A DNA stretch of 50,377 nt from an uncultured Chitinophaga sp. (GCA_964355045.1 CAYHCM010000007.1:1-50377); one strand, 5' to 3'. Shown: positions 9,601-18,599, counted from the first letter of the stretch. Made by a program: numbers and translations. Notes: generated by a model not told the origin, from the sequence alone.

Positions 9601-10403
9601 CTACTGTAGTTGATAATAAAAATGTTTCTGTTCATTGGCTTCAAAGCACAGAACCTGATTTTGGTACATACTCCGTTTACAGAAGTTTGAATACCCCAAC
9701 CCTAAATTTTGAATATGTAAAAGATTTAGGAAACAGGGCAGATACATTTTTTGTAGATAATACTTTGGATGTGCAAACCCAGTCGTACTGTTATTCGTTG
9801 GTGGTTCATGATAAATGCGGCAAATCGAGTGTTAAATCAAATATTGGATGTAATATAATTTTAACCGGAGAAAGCAAACCATTTTATCATGTTTTAGATT
9901 GGCAACCTTACAGGGTTTGGGCAGCAGGTGTTGTCAGTTATTCACTTGAACGTTCAGTTGACACAGGTTCTCAAAGGCCCATCGTAGCTGTTCCGGCCAA
10001 TCAGTTAACTTTTGATGACCGTGAACTCGATTATGATTGGGGCGGATATTGGTATAGTGTTGTAGCGCAGGAAAGCTTTAAAGGTTATAGTGCCACTAGC
10101 CGAAGCAATAGTATTTATTTAATTCAGCCTCCGCTTCTTCACGTTCCCAATGCCTTTACCAAAAACGATGATTTTTTGAATGAAACCTGGGGCTTTGTTC
10201 CGGTATTTGTAAAAACCTATCACATGCAGGTTTACACCCGTTGGGGTGAAAAAGTGTTTGATTCTGAAAACAAAAAACAGGATTGGGATGGAAATTACTT
10301 TAACGACAGCAAAGGCCAGGAAGTCTTTATTTGGCAGGTAACTTACACTGGCTGGGACAGGAGTACCCATTACCAGAAGGGGACGGTGACGGTGATAAAA
10401 TAA
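6648..10403 (+). CDS. large secreted protein with SBBP/beta-propeller-like repeats and a T9SS type B (gliding-motility CHU_C-like) C-terminal sorting domain
   Basis: 1251 aa with an N-terminal hydrophobic signal. Repeated YATYFGG/STYFGGSxxD motifs. C-terminus VPNAFTKNDDFLNETW...VYTRWGEKVF...WDGNYFN...GTVTVIK. Confidence 0.85.
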   Translation: MTFKVLHIFKPYFRVLASAVLLFYYTFSSAQFIENKGQLDSKILYNKPIYSGNVLISEQGISYLFYDNSEFQELYEKSHHAKDAPLFKKNKNEPLIIKYHSIEQQFIGGKIKEANISESSEQSCRYNYFLGNDKTKWASDVKSFNKLVVKELYPNIDLELISEGIELKYNFICRPGSNPALIKICYKGADALQMIGNSLKIKTSVIEYSETIPVSYIISKANTSETILVNMKLDGNILTFTNIPQDFVNSNSTLVIDPKLIFSTYSGTTADNFGFTATYDDDGNMYAGGITTEAYAQIPNGKYPTTPGAFDQTYNGGTDNNINPYYTFPCDITISKYSPDGKNLIYATYIGGSDNDYPHSLVVDKSGNLVILGSTFSYNYPTSGNSYSSMKDGGSDIILTKLNSTGSALVGSTYFGGSENDGLNESITTRYFYADNFRGDVICDDAGAMYGVISTLSDDIEIKNGFKRYNTNAVQQGLIFKFSPDASSLIWSSYVGGDKNSSIYSIDFDKNKDIYVSGGTGGSGLSNTTGTINPNYLGGRADGYIAKISADGKTLIKATYFGTDKYDQIISLEVDDYNRVYVVGQTEGVIPIKGTVYNTGNTGQFLTVLTNDLTSIIYSATFGAGDGRPDITINAFMVAQCNRVFISGWGGKTSSVAWSTTKNLPITSDAIQKTTDGSDFYIIVFSKELKKLLYATYFGGNQTGDHVDGGTSRFDKKGVIYQSVCSSCPMGTQVGPISDFPTSKGAYAEKNISPRCSNAAFKFALENLNLQPQLRDTFFKLMAFDTVTFDYTITDPDDDTLNVQFTSLQNVEKSFFKFPSTQWGVAKTVTNFSWSPKCIHVGQDTFVIKADVQDRGCPDFKTNTGYIKIVVTPPPVLPPPETTCLVFTKNDELNISWSALPYSRYFAYTVLYKVFPDGKTVVMDTFRTMDAGNILDKNVINPRTKNYSYYLKVVNLCNVEGALSYKVSSVQENDFPIKPTQLITATVVDNKNVSVHWLQSTEPDFGTYSVYRSLNTPTLNFEYVKDLGNRADTFFVDNTLDVQTQSYCYSLVVHDKCGKSSVKSNIGCNIILTGESKPFYHVLDWQPYRVWAAGVVSYSLERSVDTGSQRPIVAVPANQLTFDDRELDYDWGGYWYSVVAQESFKGYSATSRSNSIYLIQPPLLHVPNAFTKNDDFLNETWGFVPVFVKTYHMQVYTRWGEKVFDSENKKQDWDGNYFNDSKGQEVFIWQVTYTGWDRSTHYQKGTVTVIK

Positions 10404-10419
10404 GTTTTACCCTTATCTC

Positions 10420-11385
10420 ATGAAATTTATCAAATATTGCCTTCTTACTTTTTTATTCATTTTCACATCCGTCTTTTTATGGGGAAAAATATATTTTGCA
10501 TCCGGACCAAATTTAGTTACTGCATCAAGGATTGCTGATACGATAAAAATTAAGCACGATTTAATATTTCTTACAAAAGAATGTAAGAATAGGAATTATG
10601 AGAATCTGAATTCTCTGAATAAAGCAGCCGATTATATTAAAGCCAAATTTTTGGATAGTTCATCAAGGGTTGAAGAACAAAAATATGTATATAAAAATTT
10701 AGAATTTAGAAATATTATATGCTCTTTTGGCCCTGAAAATGGTGAACGAATTATTATAGGCGCACATTACGATGTGAGTGATGAGCAGGAAGGAGCAGAT
10801 GATAATGCAAGTGGAATTGCAGGTTTACTGGAATTGGCAAGAAACTTAAAAAAGGTAAAATTAAAATACAGAATTGACTTGGTAGCATACTCTTCAGAAG
10901 AACCACCATTTTTTAGAAGTGAATATATGGGAAGTTATATTCATGCTAAATCGCTTTTTGATAACAAGGTTCCTGTAAAAGGGATGATTTGTCTTGAAAC
11001 CATTGGCTATTTTTCAGAAGCAAATAATTCACAAGATTATCCAGCGTTTTTTCTTAAATGGTTTTATGGAAAAAAAGGCAATTACATTACAGTTGTTCAA
11101 AAATATGGGAATGGCACTTTTGGAAAAAAAATAAAAAAATTAATGAAAACAGGACAAGTTATCCCTACTAAATCTTTTTCAGGACCATCATGGTTGCAAG
11201 GGGTGGACTTTTCAGACCATTTAAATTATTGGAAGTTTGGATATAGTGCAGTAATGATAACCAATACTGCATTTTATAGAAATAAAAATTATCATACACC
11301 AAATGATACCCTTGAAACTTTAAATATTGGTAATATTGGATTGGTGATAGATGAATTATATAGGACTATCATTAATATAAAATAG
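10420..11385 (+). CDS. M28 family metallopeptidase (aminopeptidase-like)
   Basis: IIGAHYDVSDEQEGADDNASGIAGLLELAR and later SDH motifs; N-terminal TM/signal segment. Confidence 0.85.
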   Translation: MKFIKYCLLTFLFIFTSVFLWGKIYFASGPNLVTASRIADTIKIKHDLIFLTKECKNRNYENLNSLNKAADYIKAKFLDSSSRVEEQKYVYKNLEFRNIICSFGPENGERIIIGAHYDVSDEQEGADDNASGIAGLLELARNLKKVKLKYRIDLVAYSSEEPPFFRSEYMGSYIHAKSLFDNKVPVKGMICLETIGYFSEANNSQDYPAFFLKWFYGKKGNYITVVQKYGNGTFGKKIKKLMKTGQVIPTKSFSGPSWLQGVDFSDHLNYWKFGYSAVMITNTAFYRNKNYHTPNDTLETLNIGNIGLVIDELYRTIINIK

Positions 11386-11415
11386 GGTAAAGATTCAATA
11401 TTTTCCTGAAATCTT

Positions 11416-12027
11416 TTACTTTAAATCATAACTCACCACAAACGACACCAGCCGATTATATAATCCCCGGTTTACTTTATAAAATGAACTTGCAGGCGGG
11501 GTTCCTATGGAAAGCAAACTATTTTCATGCCTTATCATAATTCCTAATTGCTCATTAAATTTATAATTAATACTAACCATTCCGCTAATTTCAAAAGGCC
11601 TAATCGAATTATCAAGCCATCCATTACCATAATCAACTTTTGAGGTAATTTTGAGATTGGGTGATATTGCTATGCGAAGTGTAATTTTTTTTAAACTTAT
11701 CCCCAGGTTTTTAATATCAACAAACAAAGGCATACAGAGGTAATTATAACGCAATTTAAAAACACCGGGATCATCTTCCGTTATTTTCTTATGACTTCCT
11801 TTCTGTGAAAATAATAACTCAAATCCAAAATTATATTTTTCATTTGGTTCGCGATAAATAGCCATACCCAGCAAGCCTCCCGGCTGATTATACCCCCCGT
11901 AACTATCGCCATCCACCTGGGCCACATTCATTCCACCAAGCAATTGTGCCTTGAAATTTTGAGCATTTAAAGTGTTGTAAAAAATTAAAATAACCAACAC
12001 AAAGAATATCATTTTTAACCTTGCCAT
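11416..12027 (-). CDS. outer-membrane beta-barrel protein (PorT/OMP_b-brl_2-like)
   Basis: Signal peptide ending NTLNAQ, then AQLLGGMNVAQVDGDSYGGYNQPG. Beta-strand periodicity and a C-terminal aromatic-rich strand. Confidence 0.65.
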   Translation of the reverse strand: MARLKMIFFVLVILIFYNTLNAQNFKAQLLGGMNVAQVDGDSYGGYNQPGGLLGMAIYREPNEKYNFGFELLFSQKGSHKKITEDDPGVFKLRYNYLCMPLFVDIKNLGISLKKITLRIAISPNLKITSKVDYGNGWLDNSIRPFEISGMVSINYKFNEQLGIMIRHENSLLSIGTPPASSFYKVNRGLYNRLVSFVVSYDLK

Positions 12028-12061
12028 AATTGATATAAGTTTGCAGGCGAAATTAGGGAAA

Positions 12062-12101
12062 GGAAATTAGAAAATGGAAAATGGAAATTTGAAAATGAAG
12101 G
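12062..12101. repeat. period-7 word array (GGAAATT AGAAAAT GGAAAAT GGAAATT TGAAAAT)
   Basis: Read directly. Same GGAAAT word family as 3043-3091. Confidence 0.8.
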
Positions 12102-12188
12102 AAAAACTTTTCGGATTCAATTCTCCTATTGAAAGATGTTAGGGGAATAGCAATTTTTAACTTTAGGAGGATTTAAAGAAATAAAATA

Positions 12189-12542
12189 GTGGTAAAAAAA
12201 TTCAATAAAGATATATCAGGCTATCAGCTATTATCAATGCTTTCGCAGGTTGACGGCGAATTTAAGCCTGAAGAAGGCAAAATAATAGTTGATTATATTA
12301 TTAAAAAGTTCCCGATTGGAAGCAATTTCGACGAGGCTTTAGAGGAGATAAGTAGTTTGGAGGAGAAAGATTTTATGCCTCATTTTGAAAAAGTGGCCAA
12401 TGATTTTTTGGAAGAATCTACTGAAAAGGAACGCATTGATTTTTTAAAATTTGCCATGAATCTTATAAATGCAGATGAAAAAGTAGCCCGTGAAGAAGAT
12501 ACAATGGTGAGTAGATTATTTAAATGGTGGGGATATAATTAA
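12189..12542 (+). CDS. TerB-like (tellurite-resistance TerB / DjlA N-terminal domain-like) small protein
   Basis: 117 aa with a GTG start. The helical pattern MLSQVDGEFxPEEGKII...INADEKVAREE resembles TerB-family repeats. Weak call. Confidence 0.4.
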   Translation: MVKKFNKDISGYQLLSMLSQVDGEFKPEEGKIIVDYIIKKFPIGSNFDEALEEISSLEEKDFMPHFEKVANDFLEESTEKERIDFLKFAMNLINADEKVAREEDTMVSRLFKWWGYN

Positions 12543-12610
12543 AAATTATCAATTACGAATTACGATTTTTTTAACAATTTAACAGTTTACAATTTAACCA
12601 TAATTAAAAC

Positions 12611-13687
12611 GTGTCAATAGAATTTTATAAATTAAAAGTTAAGGATATTCGCATAGAAACACAAGATTGTGTTTCTATAGCTTTCGAAATACCTCAAGAT
12701 TTAGAGGAAATTTTTAAGTTTACCGAAGGTCAACATATAACCATCCGTAAATTTTTTATGGGTGAAGAATTTCGACGTTCATATTCACTTTGTACCAGTC
12801 CATTGGATAATGATTTTAGAGTGGCAGTAAAAAAAATGGTTGATGGTATATTTTCCACTTTTGCCAATTCCGAACTAAAAGTTGGTGATATTTTGGAAGT
12901 AGTACCTCCTTTGGGAAAATTTAATACTACTCTGGATGTATCCAATTCTAAAAATTATATAGGATTTGCCGCAGGAAGTGGAATCACACCTGTAATTTCC
13001 ATTTTAAAAACGGTACTGATGGTAGAACCTGAAAGCACATTTACACTGTTTTATGGAAATAAAAATGTCGAATCTGTAATGTTTAGGGAAGAACTGGAAG
13101 CCCTTAAAAATAAATATATACAACGGCTTTCCTTAAATTATATAATGAGTCGCGAAGCCATTGGAAGCCCATTGTTTAAGGGACATATCAATGGAGAAAA
13201 ATGCCGTGAGTTTGCCAAAACTATAATGTATCCTGCCACTATTGATGAAGTATTTATTTGTGGACCGGAAGCCATGTTGATTGACTTAAAAGACACGTTA
13301 AAAGATTTGGGAGTGCCTGAAAAGCATATACATTTTGAATTATTTGCCACAGCCGGTATTGCCAAAAAGAAACACGATGAAGAGGTTAATATAGAAGACG
13401 ATGTTCTGAGTGAGGTAACCTTAATAATTGATGGGGATGAATTTAAATTTAATCTTAAAACAACAGATATAAATATTTTGGATGCAGGTTTAAAAAATGG
13501 TGCTAATTTACCTTTTGCCTGTAAGGGTGGGGTTTGCTGTACCTGCCGGGCAAAATTATTGGAAGGCAAAGTAGATATGGAAGTAAATTACAGTTTAGAG
13601 CCGGATGAACTGGATGCAGGATATATACTTACGTGCCAATCGCATCCCTTAACAAAAAAAGTGGTGGTAACATATGATGAACAATAA
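12611..13687 (+). CDS. paaE: 1,2-phenylacetyl-CoA epoxidase reductase subunit (FNR-like FAD/NAD domain plus plant-type 2Fe-2S ferredoxin)
   Basis: RSYSLC flavin motif, GSGITP NAD motif and C-terminal CKGGVCCTCRAKLLEGKV...LTCQS cluster motif. Sits next to paaABC. Confidence 0.9.
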   Translation: MSIEFYKLKVKDIRIETQDCVSIAFEIPQDLEEIFKFTEGQHITIRKFFMGEEFRRSYSLCTSPLDNDFRVAVKKMVDGIFSTFANSELKVGDILEVVPPLGKFNTTLDVSNSKNYIGFAAGSGITPVISILKTVLMVEPESTFTLFYGNKNVESVMFREELEALKNKYIQRLSLNYIMSREAIGSPLFKGHINGEKCREFAKTIMYPATIDEVFICGPEAMLIDLKDTLKDLGVPEKHIHFELFATAGIAKKKHDEEVNIEDDVLSEVTLIIDGDEFKFNLKTTDINILDAGLKNGANLPFACKGGVCCTCRAKLLEGKVDMEVNYSLEPDELDAGYILTCQSHPLTKKVVVTYDEQ

Positions 13688-13690
13688 AAC

Positions 13691-13718
13691 AATAGGCAAT
13701 TAGCAATAGGCAATTAGC
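13691..13718. repeat. tandem 14-nt (2x7) repeat AATAGGCAATTAGC x2, starting 3 nt after the paaE stop
   Basis: Read directly: 13691-13704 and 13705-13718. Confidence 0.9.
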
Positions 13719-13807
13719 AAAATCTTTATAAAAATAAAAGATAAAATATTCAACAAAAGTCACCTTAGTCCTATAAAGTCCCACGAACAATAAATAATAA
13801 CCATCCC

Positions 13808-14755
13808 ATGACAACAATAAATCTTGAAGAGCAATTTTTCAACCGCATTGCAGCCGATGAAAAAATTGAGCCCAAGGACTGGATGCCTGAGAAATACAGA
13901 AAAACCTTAATCAGGCAAATTGCCCAGCACGCCCATTCCGAAATTGTAGGGATGTTGCCTGAGGCCAATTATATTTCACGGGCTCCAAGTTTAAGAAGAA
14001 AAGCAGCCCTTTTGGCAAAAATTCAGGATGAAGCCGGCCATGGTTTATACCTGTATTGCGCAGCCGAAACCTTAGGTGCTGAGCGTGATACTTTATATGA
14101 TGAGTTACATACCGGCAAAGCCAAATATTCGAGCATTTTTAATTACCCAACCCTTACATGGGCTGATATGGGAGCAATAGGCTGGTTGGTGGATGGAGCC
14201 GCTATTTTAAACCAGGTGCCTTTATGTAAATGTTCCTTTGGCCCTTATGCACGAGCCATGGTAAGGGTTTGCAAAGAAGAAAGTTTTCACCAACGACAGG
14301 GTTTTGAAATTCTTTTAACGCTTTGTAATGGAAGTAATGAACAAAAACAAATGGCTCAGGATTCGGTTAATCGCTGGTGGTGGCCATCCATGATGATGTT
14401 TGGGCCTTCAGATGCTACATCAACCAATTCTGAATATTCGATGAAAACAAAAATAAAGCGATTTTCGAACGATGAACTTCGCCAAAAATTTGTAGATATG
14501 ACCAAGCCTCAGGCTGATATTTTGGGATTAACTATTCCTGACCCAAAATTAAAATTTAATGAAAAAACCGGTCATTGGGATTTTGGGGAAATAGATTGGG
14601 AAGAATTTAACAATGTAGTGCAAGGCAACGGGCCTTGTAATAAAATACGAGTGAAAGCCCGCAATGATGCATGGGACAATGGAAAATGGGTAAGAGATGC
14701 GGCCACTGCTTATGCCGAAAAACGCGAACAACGAAAATCAAAACAAGTAGCTTAA
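13808..14755 (+). CDS. paaA: 1,2-phenylacetyl-CoA epoxidase catalytic subunit A
   Basis: 315 aa with di-iron ligand context QHAHSEIVG and DEAGHG...CKEESFH. Followed directly by paaB. Confidence 0.93.
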   Translation: MTTINLEEQFFNRIAADEKIEPKDWMPEKYRKTLIRQIAQHAHSEIVGMLPEANYISRAPSLRRKAALLAKIQDEAGHGLYLYCAAETLGAERDTLYDELHTGKAKYSSIFNYPTLTWADMGAIGWLVDGAAILNQVPLCKCSFGPYARAMVRVCKEESFHQRQGFEILLTLCNGSNEQKQMAQDSVNRWWWPSMMMFGPSDATSTNSEYSMKTKIKRFSNDELRQKFVDMTKPQADILGLTIPDPKLKFNEKTGHWDFGEIDWEEFNNVVQGNGPCNKIRVKARNDAWDNGKWVRDAATAYAEKREQRKSKQVA

Positions 14756-14756
14756 A

Positions 14757-15044
14757 ATGAGTAATAAAAGTTGGCCTCTTTGGGAGGTTTTTATACGAAG
14801 TAAACATGGCCTAAGCCATAAACATGTTGGAAGTTTACATGCATCAGATGCCGATATGGCCATTGAAAATGCCCGCGATGTTTATACCCGCCGTCAGGAA
14901 GGAATAAGCATTTGGGTGGTGGAATCAAAAAACATTACAGCCTCTGACCCAAAACTAAACGATGCCATGTTTGAACCCGCAGCCGATAAAGTATATCGGC
15001 ATCCTACGTTTTATGATTTGCCGGATGAGCTAAAGCATATGTAA
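14757..15044 (+). CDS. paaB: 1,2-phenylacetyl-CoA epoxidase subunit B
   Basis: 95 aa. WPLWEVFIRSKHGLSHKHVGSLHA and the YTRR motif are characteristic. The start lies 1 nt after the paaA stop. Confidence 0.93.
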   Translation: MSNKSWPLWEVFIRSKHGLSHKHVGSLHASDADMAIENARDVYTRRQEGISIWVVESKNITASDPKLNDAMFEPAADKVYRHPTFYDLPDELKHM

Positions 15045-15054
15045 TCACATTTTA

Positions 15055-15082
15055 GATTTTAGATTTACGATTTTAGATTTTA
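15055..15082. repeat. period-7 array GATTTTA GATTTAC GATTTTA GATTTTA
   Basis: Read directly in the paaB-paaC spacer. The reverse-complement word array occurs at 20533-20560. Confidence 0.85.
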
Positions 15083-15125
15083 AAAAATGAAAATATTCAA
15101 TGTCCAGTGCTCTTGCGTCAGCCGT

Positions 15126-15142
15126 CCCCCTTATGAAGGGGG
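15126..15142. other. G/C-rich mini-hairpin CCCCCTT-ATG-AAGGGGG, followed by TAGGGGGA
   Basis: 7-bp stem and 3-nt loop read directly, inside the paaB-paaC spacer. Confidence 0.6.
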
Positions 15143-15178
15143 TAGGGGGATGTTTTTAACAATTAATAAAACAATAAA

Positions 15179-15931
15179 TTGAATACCTCAAAAATAAATT
15201 ACCTTCTCCACCTTGCCGATAACGGCCTAATCCTTGCCCAGCGATTAGGCGAATGGTGCGGCCATGGCCCTGCTTTGGAACAAGATATAGCCCTTACAAA
15301 TATCGCATTAGATGTTTTGGGTCAGGCCCGATATTTTTACCAATACACCGCCGATGTGGACGGTAAAGGAAAAACCGAAGATGATTATGCCTATTTCCGG
15401 GATGAACGGGAATTTAAAAATTTTTTACTGGTAGAACAACCAAACGGCGATTGGGCCCATACCATTATGCGTCAGTTTTTTTATGATAATTTTATGCAAT
15501 TGGTTTATACAAAATTATTAAATAGTAGTGATAATCAAATTGCTGCCATAGCTTCCAAAGCCATTAAAGAAGTAAATTATCATTTAAAATTTAGCAGCGA
15601 ATGGATAATACGAATGGGCGATGGAACGGATGAAAGTCATCAACGGGTTCAGGAAGCTGCCAATAATTTACGGGAATTTACAGGAGAATTATTCGTGCCA
15701 ACAGATTATGAAAAAGAAATGGCAATCGAAGGAATTGCTCCAGATGTAGCCTCTTTAAAAAATGATTGGCAAACACGCATTAATGAAATATTTGCGGAAG
15801 CTACTTTAGAAGTTCCTAAAGCTACATGGTTTCAGTCCGGTGGAAAAACCGGAATACATTCTGAAAATTTGGGATTGATGTTGACGGATTTGCAGTATTT
15901 GCAAAGGACGTATCCGGGAAGTAGCTGGTAG
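15179..15931 (+). CDS. paaC: 1,2-phenylacetyl-CoA epoxidase structural subunit C
   Basis: 250 aa with a TTG start. YLLHLADNGLILAQRLGEWCGHGPALEQDIALTNIALDVLGQAR is the typical PaaC N-terminus. Confidence 0.88.
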   Translation: MNTSKINYLLHLADNGLILAQRLGEWCGHGPALEQDIALTNIALDVLGQARYFYQYTADVDGKGKTEDDYAYFRDEREFKNFLLVEQPNGDWAHTIMRQFFYDNFMQLVYTKLLNSSDNQIAAIASKAIKEVNYHLKFSSEWIIRMGDGTDESHQRVQEAANNLREFTGELFVPTDYEKEMAIEGIAPDVASLKNDWQTRINEIFAEATLEVPKATWFQSGGKTGIHSENLGLMLTDLQYLQRTYPGSSW

Positions 15932-15962
15932 GATATTTAAAAAAAAATTAAAATTTTGTAAT

Positions 15963-15970
15963 TAATTTTG
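15963..15970 (+). promoter_or_regulatory. putative Bacteroidota -7 box (TAATTTTG, consensus TAnnTTTG) for the first antitoxin-like gene
   Basis: Exact match to TAnnTTTG a few nt before the ATGs at 15975 and 15981. Pattern match only. Confidence 0.35.
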
Positions 15971-15974
15971 TACT

Positions 15975-16193
15975 ATGAAAATGCAAAACAACTCTTTTAA
16001 TTATGTAGTTGAAACTATTTACAATCTATCTCTTGATGAGAGACTAGAGATTCAAAATCTTCTGGAGCATAATATCATCGAAGCGAGAAGGGACGAAATA
16101 TCAGCCAATTATAAAAAAGCAAAGGAAGAAGAGAAGTCAGGAAAGTTAAAATCTTCTTCTGATATTAATGAACTTAAAAAAAAACTCAGGTAG
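15975..16193 (+). CDS. small helical antitoxin-like protein (addiction-module-component-like), copy 1
   Basis: 72 aa. LSLDERLEIQNLLEHNI resembles the LxxEERLxL motif of small addiction-module components. Lys/Glu-rich tail. Lies upstream of the RelE-like gene. Confidence 0.6.
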   Translation: MKMQNNSFNYVVETIYNLSLDERLEIQNLLEHNIIEARRDEISANYKKAKEEEKSGKLKSSSDINELKKKLR

Positions 16194-16263
16194 CATTATG
16201 ATTTTTTTCCATAAAGGGTGAATAAGCAATTGATACCTAAATGTTATAGTTTCATCTCTACAT

Positions 16264-16533
16264 ATGGAAGTTATTTTTAGCAAAAACTTCAAGAAATCAT
16301 TCAAGAAAAGAATTCAGGGGCACAGTTACGAACAAGAATTTTATGAAAATCTTGAAATTTTTATTATTGATCCCTTTAACCCATTTTTAAAAACCCATAA
16401 ACTCTCAGGAAAATTAAAAAATTTGTGGAGTTTTAGCGTACTTTTTGATTTAAGAGTTGTGTTCTATTTTACCAAGGATAAACCCAAGAAGGCTATGTTT
16501 GTTGATATTGGGAATCATGATGAAGTTTATTGA
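16264..16533 (+). CDS. type II toxin, RelE/YafQ/ParE superfamily mRNA-interferase-like
   Basis: 89 aa. FKKSFKK...THKLSGKLKNLWSFSV..DLRVVF....FVDIGNHDEVY matches the RelE/StbE-family pattern. Confidence 0.8.
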   Translation: MEVIFSKNFKKSFKKRIQGHSYEQEFYENLEIFIIDPFNPFLKTHKLSGKLKNLWSFSVLFDLRVVFYFTKDKPKKAMFVDIGNHDEVY

Positions 16534-16615
16534 AAGTACTTTTCACTATACTGGCATTCAAAACTTTATTTACAGTAGACAAATTACAAGATTATATAAA
16601 AAAATAAAATCAATT

Positions 16616-17134
16616 ATGAGTTACATTATGGTAGATATTGAAGCGGATGGCCCTATCCCGGGTGATTATTCGATGATTTCTTTTGGGGCAATATTGGTCA
16701 ATGACGATCTTGACAAAACCTTTTATGGTAAAATAAAACCAATATCCGACAATTGGATACCGGAAGCGTTAGCCGTTTCGGGATTTACACGGGAAGAAAC
16801 TATGGCATTTGAAGCGCCCGAAAAAGTAATGCAGGATTTTGCTAACTGGATTAGGGCGAATTGTAAAGACCAACCCATTTTTATAAGCGACAACAATGGC
16901 TTCGACTGGATGTTTGTTTGCTGGTATTTCCATCACTTTACAGGAAAAAATCCTTTTGGACACAGTTCTCAAAATTTGGGAAGTTTATATAAAGGAATAG
17001 TAAAAGATATGTTTAAAAATTTCAAGCACCTGAGAGTTACAAAGCATACGCATAACCCTGTTGACGATGCCAAAGGAAATGCCGAAGCCTTGCTACGTAT
17101 AAAAAAGGATTATGAATTAAAAATCAGAATATGA
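16616..17134 (+). CDS. DEDDh-type 3'-5' exonuclease domain protein (DnaQ-like fold)
   Basis: Internal ATG at 16616 gives 172 aa. ExoI DIEADG, ExoII SDNNGFDW and ExoIII HNPVDDA motifs appear in the correct order. Confidence 0.8.
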   Translation: MSYIMVDIEADGPIPGDYSMISFGAILVNDDLDKTFYGKIKPISDNWIPEALAVSGFTREETMAFEAPEKVMQDFANWIRANCKDQPIFISDNNGFDWMFVCWYFHHFTGKNPFGHSSQNLGSLYKGIVKDMFKNFKHLRVTKHTHNPVDDAKGNAEALLRIKKDYELKIRI

Positions 17135-17231
17135 AATCCTATCTCGTTGATTAGATTCCCGTCGCATTGAAATTGAAAAACTTTATTGATTTTGAAGAAC
17201 AATTTCATGGGGTTTTTATTTATAAAACAAG

Positions 17232-17239
17232 TAAGTTTG
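17232..17239 (+). promoter_or_regulatory. putative -7 box (TAAGTTTG) for the second antitoxin-like gene
   Basis: Exact TAnnTTTG match 16 nt upstream of the ATG at 17255. Pattern match only. Confidence 0.35.
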
Positions 17240-17254
17240 TAACACTTATTTAAA

Positions 17255-17470
17255 ATGAATATACAAGATAACTCTTTCAATTCGGTGGTTGATACCATTT
17301 ATAATTTATCACTTGAAGAGAAACTAGAAATTCAAAATTTATTGCAGCATAATATTATTGAGGCAAGAAGAAACGAAATTTCTTCAAATATTAAAAAAGC
17401 AAAAGAGGAAGAAAAATCAGGGAAACTAAAATTCTCTTCTTCGATTAACACCTTAAAAAAACTGCTTTAA
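17255..17470 (+). CDS. small helical antitoxin-like protein, copy 2 (no adjacent toxin gene)
   Basis: 71 aa. 56 of 71 residues are identical to the 15975..16193 product by hand alignment. Confidence 0.6.
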   Translation: MNIQDNSFNSVVDTIYNLSLEEKLEIQNLLQHNIIEARRNEISSNIKKAKEEEKSGKLKFSSSINTLKKLL

Positions 17471-17520
17471 TGCCATTCCAATTCCCCAATTCTATTTATA
17501 TTTGACAAAAAAAATAACCT

Positions 17521-18447
17521 ATGGAAATGATATATTTCTTACCCATAATTCTAGCCCTTGTTATTCTATCCTTTGTTACTATCCGACAGGGAATGATTGG
17601 AGTTACTACCATATTTGGCAAATATAACCGTGTCCTCCGACCGGGTTTGAATTTTCGAATACCAATAATCGAAATAATTTTTAAACGCATCAGTATTCAA
17701 AACCGTTCCTCTGAGTTGGGTTTTCAGGCTGTAACTTTGGATCAGGCTAATGTTAATTTTACAGCATTGGTGGTTTATTCAGTTTTGAACCATGACGAAG
17801 AAACCATAAAAAATGTAGCCTTTAAATTTATTGATGAACGTAGTTTTAATCAATCATTGGTAAGAACGATTGAAGGCAATGTGCGATCGTTTGTAGCTAC
17901 CAAAAAGCAAAGTGAGATATTAACGCTTCGCAATGAAATTGTACTTTATGTAAAAGATAATTTAGATAATATTTTGGAATCCTGGGGTTATCATTTAATA
18001 GATTTGCAAATGAACGACATCACGTTTGACGAAGAAGTGATGAGAAGTATGGCTAAAGTAGTAGCTTCCAATAATCTGAAAGCTGCTGCTGAAAATGAAG
18101 GTCAGGCTTTATTAATTACCAAAACCAAAGGAGCCGAAGCCGATGGAAATGCGGTAAGAATAGCTGCGGAAGCAGAGCGGCAAGCTGCTATGTTACGCGG
18201 ACAAGCAGTAGCATCCTTCCGTGAAGAAGTAGCCCGCGGTATGAGTATCGCAGCAAAAGAAATGCAGGCTTCCGACCTTGATAATTCCGTTATTTTATTT
18301 ACCATGTGGACAGAAACCTTAAAGCATGTAGCTGAAAACGGAAAAGGGAATGTGATATTTTTAGACGGTTCGGTGGATGGTATGGAAAAAACGGTGAAGC
18401 AAATGATGGCTATGCAAAAAATGCAGAGTGATAAAAAAGATCGTTGA
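17521..18447 (+). CDS. SPFH/band-7 (stomatin/prohibitin-like) membrane protein
   Basis: N-terminal TM segment, then IRQGMIGVTTIFGKYNRVLRPGLNFRIP and an Ala/Glu-rich coiled-coil region AAENEGQALLI...AEAERQAAMLRGQ. Confidence 0.88.
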   Translation: MEMIYFLPIILALVILSFVTIRQGMIGVTTIFGKYNRVLRPGLNFRIPIIEIIFKRISIQNRSSELGFQAVTLDQANVNFTALVVYSVLNHDEETIKNVAFKFIDERSFNQSLVRTIEGNVRSFVATKKQSEILTLRNEIVLYVKDNLDNILESWGYHLIDLQMNDITFDEEVMRSMAKVVASNNLKAAAENEGQALLITKTKGAEADGNAVRIAAEAERQAAMLRGQAVASFREEVARGMSIAAKEMQASDLDNSVILFTMWTETLKHVAENGKGNVIFLDGSVDGMEKTVKQMMAMQKMQSDKKDR

Positions 18448-18599
18448 TTAATCTGATTTTTTTGATTCTTTTGATTTTTTAAACCTGATTAAGATTTTAC
18501 TGATTACAGATTTGGGATTTAGATAAAATTGGAATTCAAAAAAAAATATTGAAAAATCAATTCATCCCTAATCATACAAAACTGATTAATCCGAGGTAA

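Noticed and set aside
16457-16615. N-terminal extension of the exonuclease ORF (start at 16457)
   Set aside because: The extension overlaps the 3' end of the RelE-like gene in another frame and encodes no recognisable sequence. The ATG at 16616 lies just before the ExoI DIEADG motif and gives a typical domain-sized protein.
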